Shown here: piece after piece, positions 61,108 through 64,000 of the stretch | Layout of the letters: every line of letters begins with the position of its first letter | Position numbering within the stretch: position 1 is the stretch's first letter | Assembly: GCA_028023455.1 (NCBI GenBank) | Contig: JAQFVV010000007.1 | Coordinates: 14,694,001-14,758,000 of the forward strand | Origin: Epiperipatus broadwayi | Lineage: Eukaryota > Animalia > Onychophora | Direction: 5' to 3' | Length of the DNA: 64,000 nucleotides | The notes under the pieces: model-generated | The model's input: the letters and a program-made list of their open reading frames with translations, nothing else | Told to the model about the DNA's origin: nothing | The model's database searches: none | Translations under genes and position numbers: made by a program

Positions 61108-62542
61108 AAATATAGAAATCAATACATAAGAAAATGAGGAGGAAGAAGAAAATTAGTTGAACTTGATTCCTTATTAATCAACAAGAAAGTTATTCATTTT
61201 TACTGTCTGAGAGTAAAGAGCAATTGCCATCAAAGAAAATTATAACTTTTAAAATAGGAGTAGTGTTTAATAAATAATTAAATTTTTACAACAAATGTCT
61301 GAATTATACTCTGGTTTGTTTTTTGTATCAGTTGGAAATATTGGTCCCCTCTCCCCTTTGATTAGTAGACCCCATGGGTAAAGCACTTCCACTACAGGAG
61401 GTGACCAGTAGTAACTGTGGTAAAGCAAAAGGTACCATTCTCCAATTAAGTTACATAACATTTAATATAAATTTGTCAGAAAATCCTTTCATTTCCTGAT
61501 ATCCTGTGTTTTTGGTGGATTGGTAAAATGTTGGATTTTGAAACTTGAGGTTCAGAGAGTAGCCACTTCTACTTCTTGAACTTTTTATAAATTCCCCAAG
61601 AAATAATCTATTTAATTGTTTTGTCTTCCATGGTTTAGTGGAGGGTGGTAGATATCAGCCCCTGAACTCAAGAATCATGGATTATGACTCAAAGATGTCA
61701 CTTCTGATATGCAAACTACTCTTGTTCTGAGTAATAAACCATTTAATTACCCTATTCTGCACATTCTGGTGTAGGATAATGATAGTACAACTGAATCTGG
61801 ACCTAAAGATTAGGGGTCCTATCTCCATGATGTCATTTCTGAAACTCGAATTTATTAATTCGTTGAGCATCAAATCATTCAATTATTTTGTCCTGCATTT
61901 AGTGCTGCATCAGAGTAGAGTGGCTGTCTTTGATGTTCAAGGTCATGGTTGTGGTTTTATAAGGTGACTTCTGACACTCAAACTTTGAAGGGAGACCTAA
62001 GCAATAAATCACTCAATCATTTTTATAATAACGGTTTCTTTAATTCATCTATTAATAAAATGTGCATGCTTTATATCACCAGTAACTAACAATTATTTTA
62101 CATACTTAAACTTTCCTTTAATATTTAAAGTAAAATTTGAAATTGCTTAATAACTTTTAAAATAAATTGAAATGGTGGAAAAAATTAATTAGTTTTATAT
62201 TACCTTACAATATTGTTCAAAACTTATTAAAATTTTTCATTCCATTGACACCTGAATCTCTTGTGGGAAAAATCTTTACATCTCTGCAGATGAAATATTT
62301 CATTTTATAAATAATAAAGTTTTTTATATCATTAAAATTCTCTTGCCCCAACATATCATTTATTATCTTACTACATGTTTAACTTAGAAATTTTTTAAAC
62401 TAGAATAAGCAAGCTTACAATTATTACAGCCTGTATTTGAATCCAGGCCAGAGAAACTTGGACATTTCTTTTCAGCTTCTATTCAGACTAATAATTTTTT
62501 CTTCACATAAGGAGAGAAAAACCAACTTGAATGACTATCTAA

Positions 62543-62880
62543 TATTGACCAGTAAATAATTATTTTGACTGCCTTGGCTAAAAACTAAAAAAAGTTTAGA
62601 TAAGTGTTCTAACCCACATTTTTGAGCATTTGGCAAATTAGGAAAATATTCACTTTTTTCACTGTTTTTTTATTGAAGGAGATGATATTGACCAGTAAAC
62701 AATTATTTTAACTGTCTTGGCTATAGACTAAAAAAAATGAAGATAAGTGTTCAAATCCACATTTTAAAGCATTTGGTAAATTTGAAAAGTAATGACTTCT
62801 TGTCACTATTTTTTCATTATAGGAAAAACATTTGCCTTATCTATATTCAAACCCACATTTTTAGGCGTTTGGCAAATCTG
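62543..62880. repeat. ~145-bp tandem duplication plus partial third unit
   Basis: atattgaccagtaaa..cttggcta..gataagtgttc..ccacatttt..gcatttgg.aaat at ~62543 and ~62684, partial at ~62845. Confidence 0.85.
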
Positions 62881-62999
62881 GAGTTAAAATGCTGAAATAA
62901 AACTGTCTGGAAATGTTGCTAAAAAAATCATAATAAATAAAAAGATAAGGTCTTAAACTGGATACTAAGAGATTATAAATGTCTTTGAAAAATATTACA

Positions 63000-63105
63000 T
63001 GTAAGATATATGGATAATGTAAAAATGTTGTGTGGAGTCATGTAAAGAGAAAAGCTATAAACTGATTCAAACTTGGAGAAACATTAACCATCCTGTAGAG
63101 TAATA
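63000..63105 (+). mobile_element. Decayed RTE-clade 3' tail
   Basis: aaacttggagaaac..catcctgtagagt resembles the 10.1, 20.0 and 50.4 kb termini. Confidence 0.4.
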
Positions 63106-63852
63106 ATTTAAGATCTCTTTACTTTATTGTTATTTGGAGTACATTTGAATGATCAATGATTACCAGATACATATACAAATTTATATTTTTAGTTGTTAAA
63201 CCTCCATACTCAGAATAGTTTATAGTTTTTTCTCTTACCAATGAAGCCTGGGATTCAAAAATGAAAAAAATTCAATGGAGAACTACTCAAATTTATATTG
63301 TTTTTTACCTGGTAATTTGGTAATTTGTCGTTATTAATATTCTTAGTTAGGGGAGAAGATATAGAAAGTATTAAAATCTAAAGATAGTAAAATATATAAT
63401 TACTATAAATACATTTTTATGTAACTGTTCTACCAGAGTGACATAGGTTCAAAATCTTTGATTAATGTTTATTTTATTGTTTTTAGTTTGGCAGGTCACA
63501 TGGAGTTAAAAGATGATTTATGCATACATATTTCTATTTCTTCAATTTTGAATTCCAGGTCTCATGTATAAAGACAAAATGCAAAAATAAGTCTGTGGCC
63601 TCAAAATTAAGGTTAGAAATTTCTCTGCATCGATCACTCATGCTTGCGATTTGATATCACTACAAAACTATTGTTGGCTTATCATATTGTTTTTAGCTAA
63701 TGCTTGGATGATTACTTGGAGTGAAAATATTTGAAAGAAATGAGCGATGATGATTGTAGTGTAGTAGTTTTACTTTAAATATTTTTAAAATATGAATTTT
63801 TTCTACTGTACAGGTTTTTTTCATATCTGTACTTTTATATGTAATATATAGG

Positions 63853-64000
63853 GGGGTTGAACTCAGACTTTCATACGACTCTCAACCATCCATGCTTTCC
63901 CATACTGCTAAAACACTTGACCACACACATGTTGAAAAGATAAATAATCACCAATTCATGCCTTTCGTACTAAACCAGCACTCGTCAGTTGGTCCATATT
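63853..64000 (-). mobile_element. Family C copy running off the window end
   Basis: ttgaactcagactttca...tgaccacacacatgttgaaaagataaataatcacc. Confidence 0.85.
63950..63993 (-). ncRNA. Hammerhead motif, family C, best helices (U16.1 mutated to A)
   Basis: accaa-CUGACGA-gugcug-guu-uaguac-GAAA-ggcaug-AA-uuggu. Perfect 5-bp stem I, and 6-bp stem II opened by G-C. Confidence 0.75.

Noticed and set aside
61680-62090. Protein-like plus-strand frame with several stops (possible pseudogene)
   Set aside because: No recognisable family and multiple stops in every frame.

Overview
64 kb of very AT-rich, CpG-depleted animal (probably invertebrate) DNA that looks intronic or intergenic. No protein-coding gene could be identified with confidence; most ORFs in the track are microsatellite or low-complexity artefacts, or transposon relics. 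The window is mostly decayed mobile DNA: hAT-Buster (2 elements with perfect 8-bp TSDs), mariner, Merlin/ISXO2-like, RTE, L2/Crack-like and L1/Tx1-like LINE fragments, a ~90-bp tRNA-derived SINE, many fold-back/MITE palindromes and a 625-bp (GATA)n. The main result is three short non-coding dispersed repeat families (A, B, C; about 24 copies or fragments). Each is built around a minimal type I hammerhead ribozyme (stem I - CUGANGA - stem II - GAAA - palindromic stem III - UH), as known from Penelope-like elements and non-autonomous retrozymes. About 19 ribozyme motifs are recognisable, one with a fully intact core (51191-51228, minus). All three families recur as 5'-to-5' inverted pairs, and family B carries a second copy of its cleavage-site strand 84 nt upstream. 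A CpG-retaining block at ~26.0-31.4 kb, with a clustered TCAC-N6-GTGA motif, is the best promoter candidate. All coordinates were read by eye and boundaries of decayed repeats are approximate.
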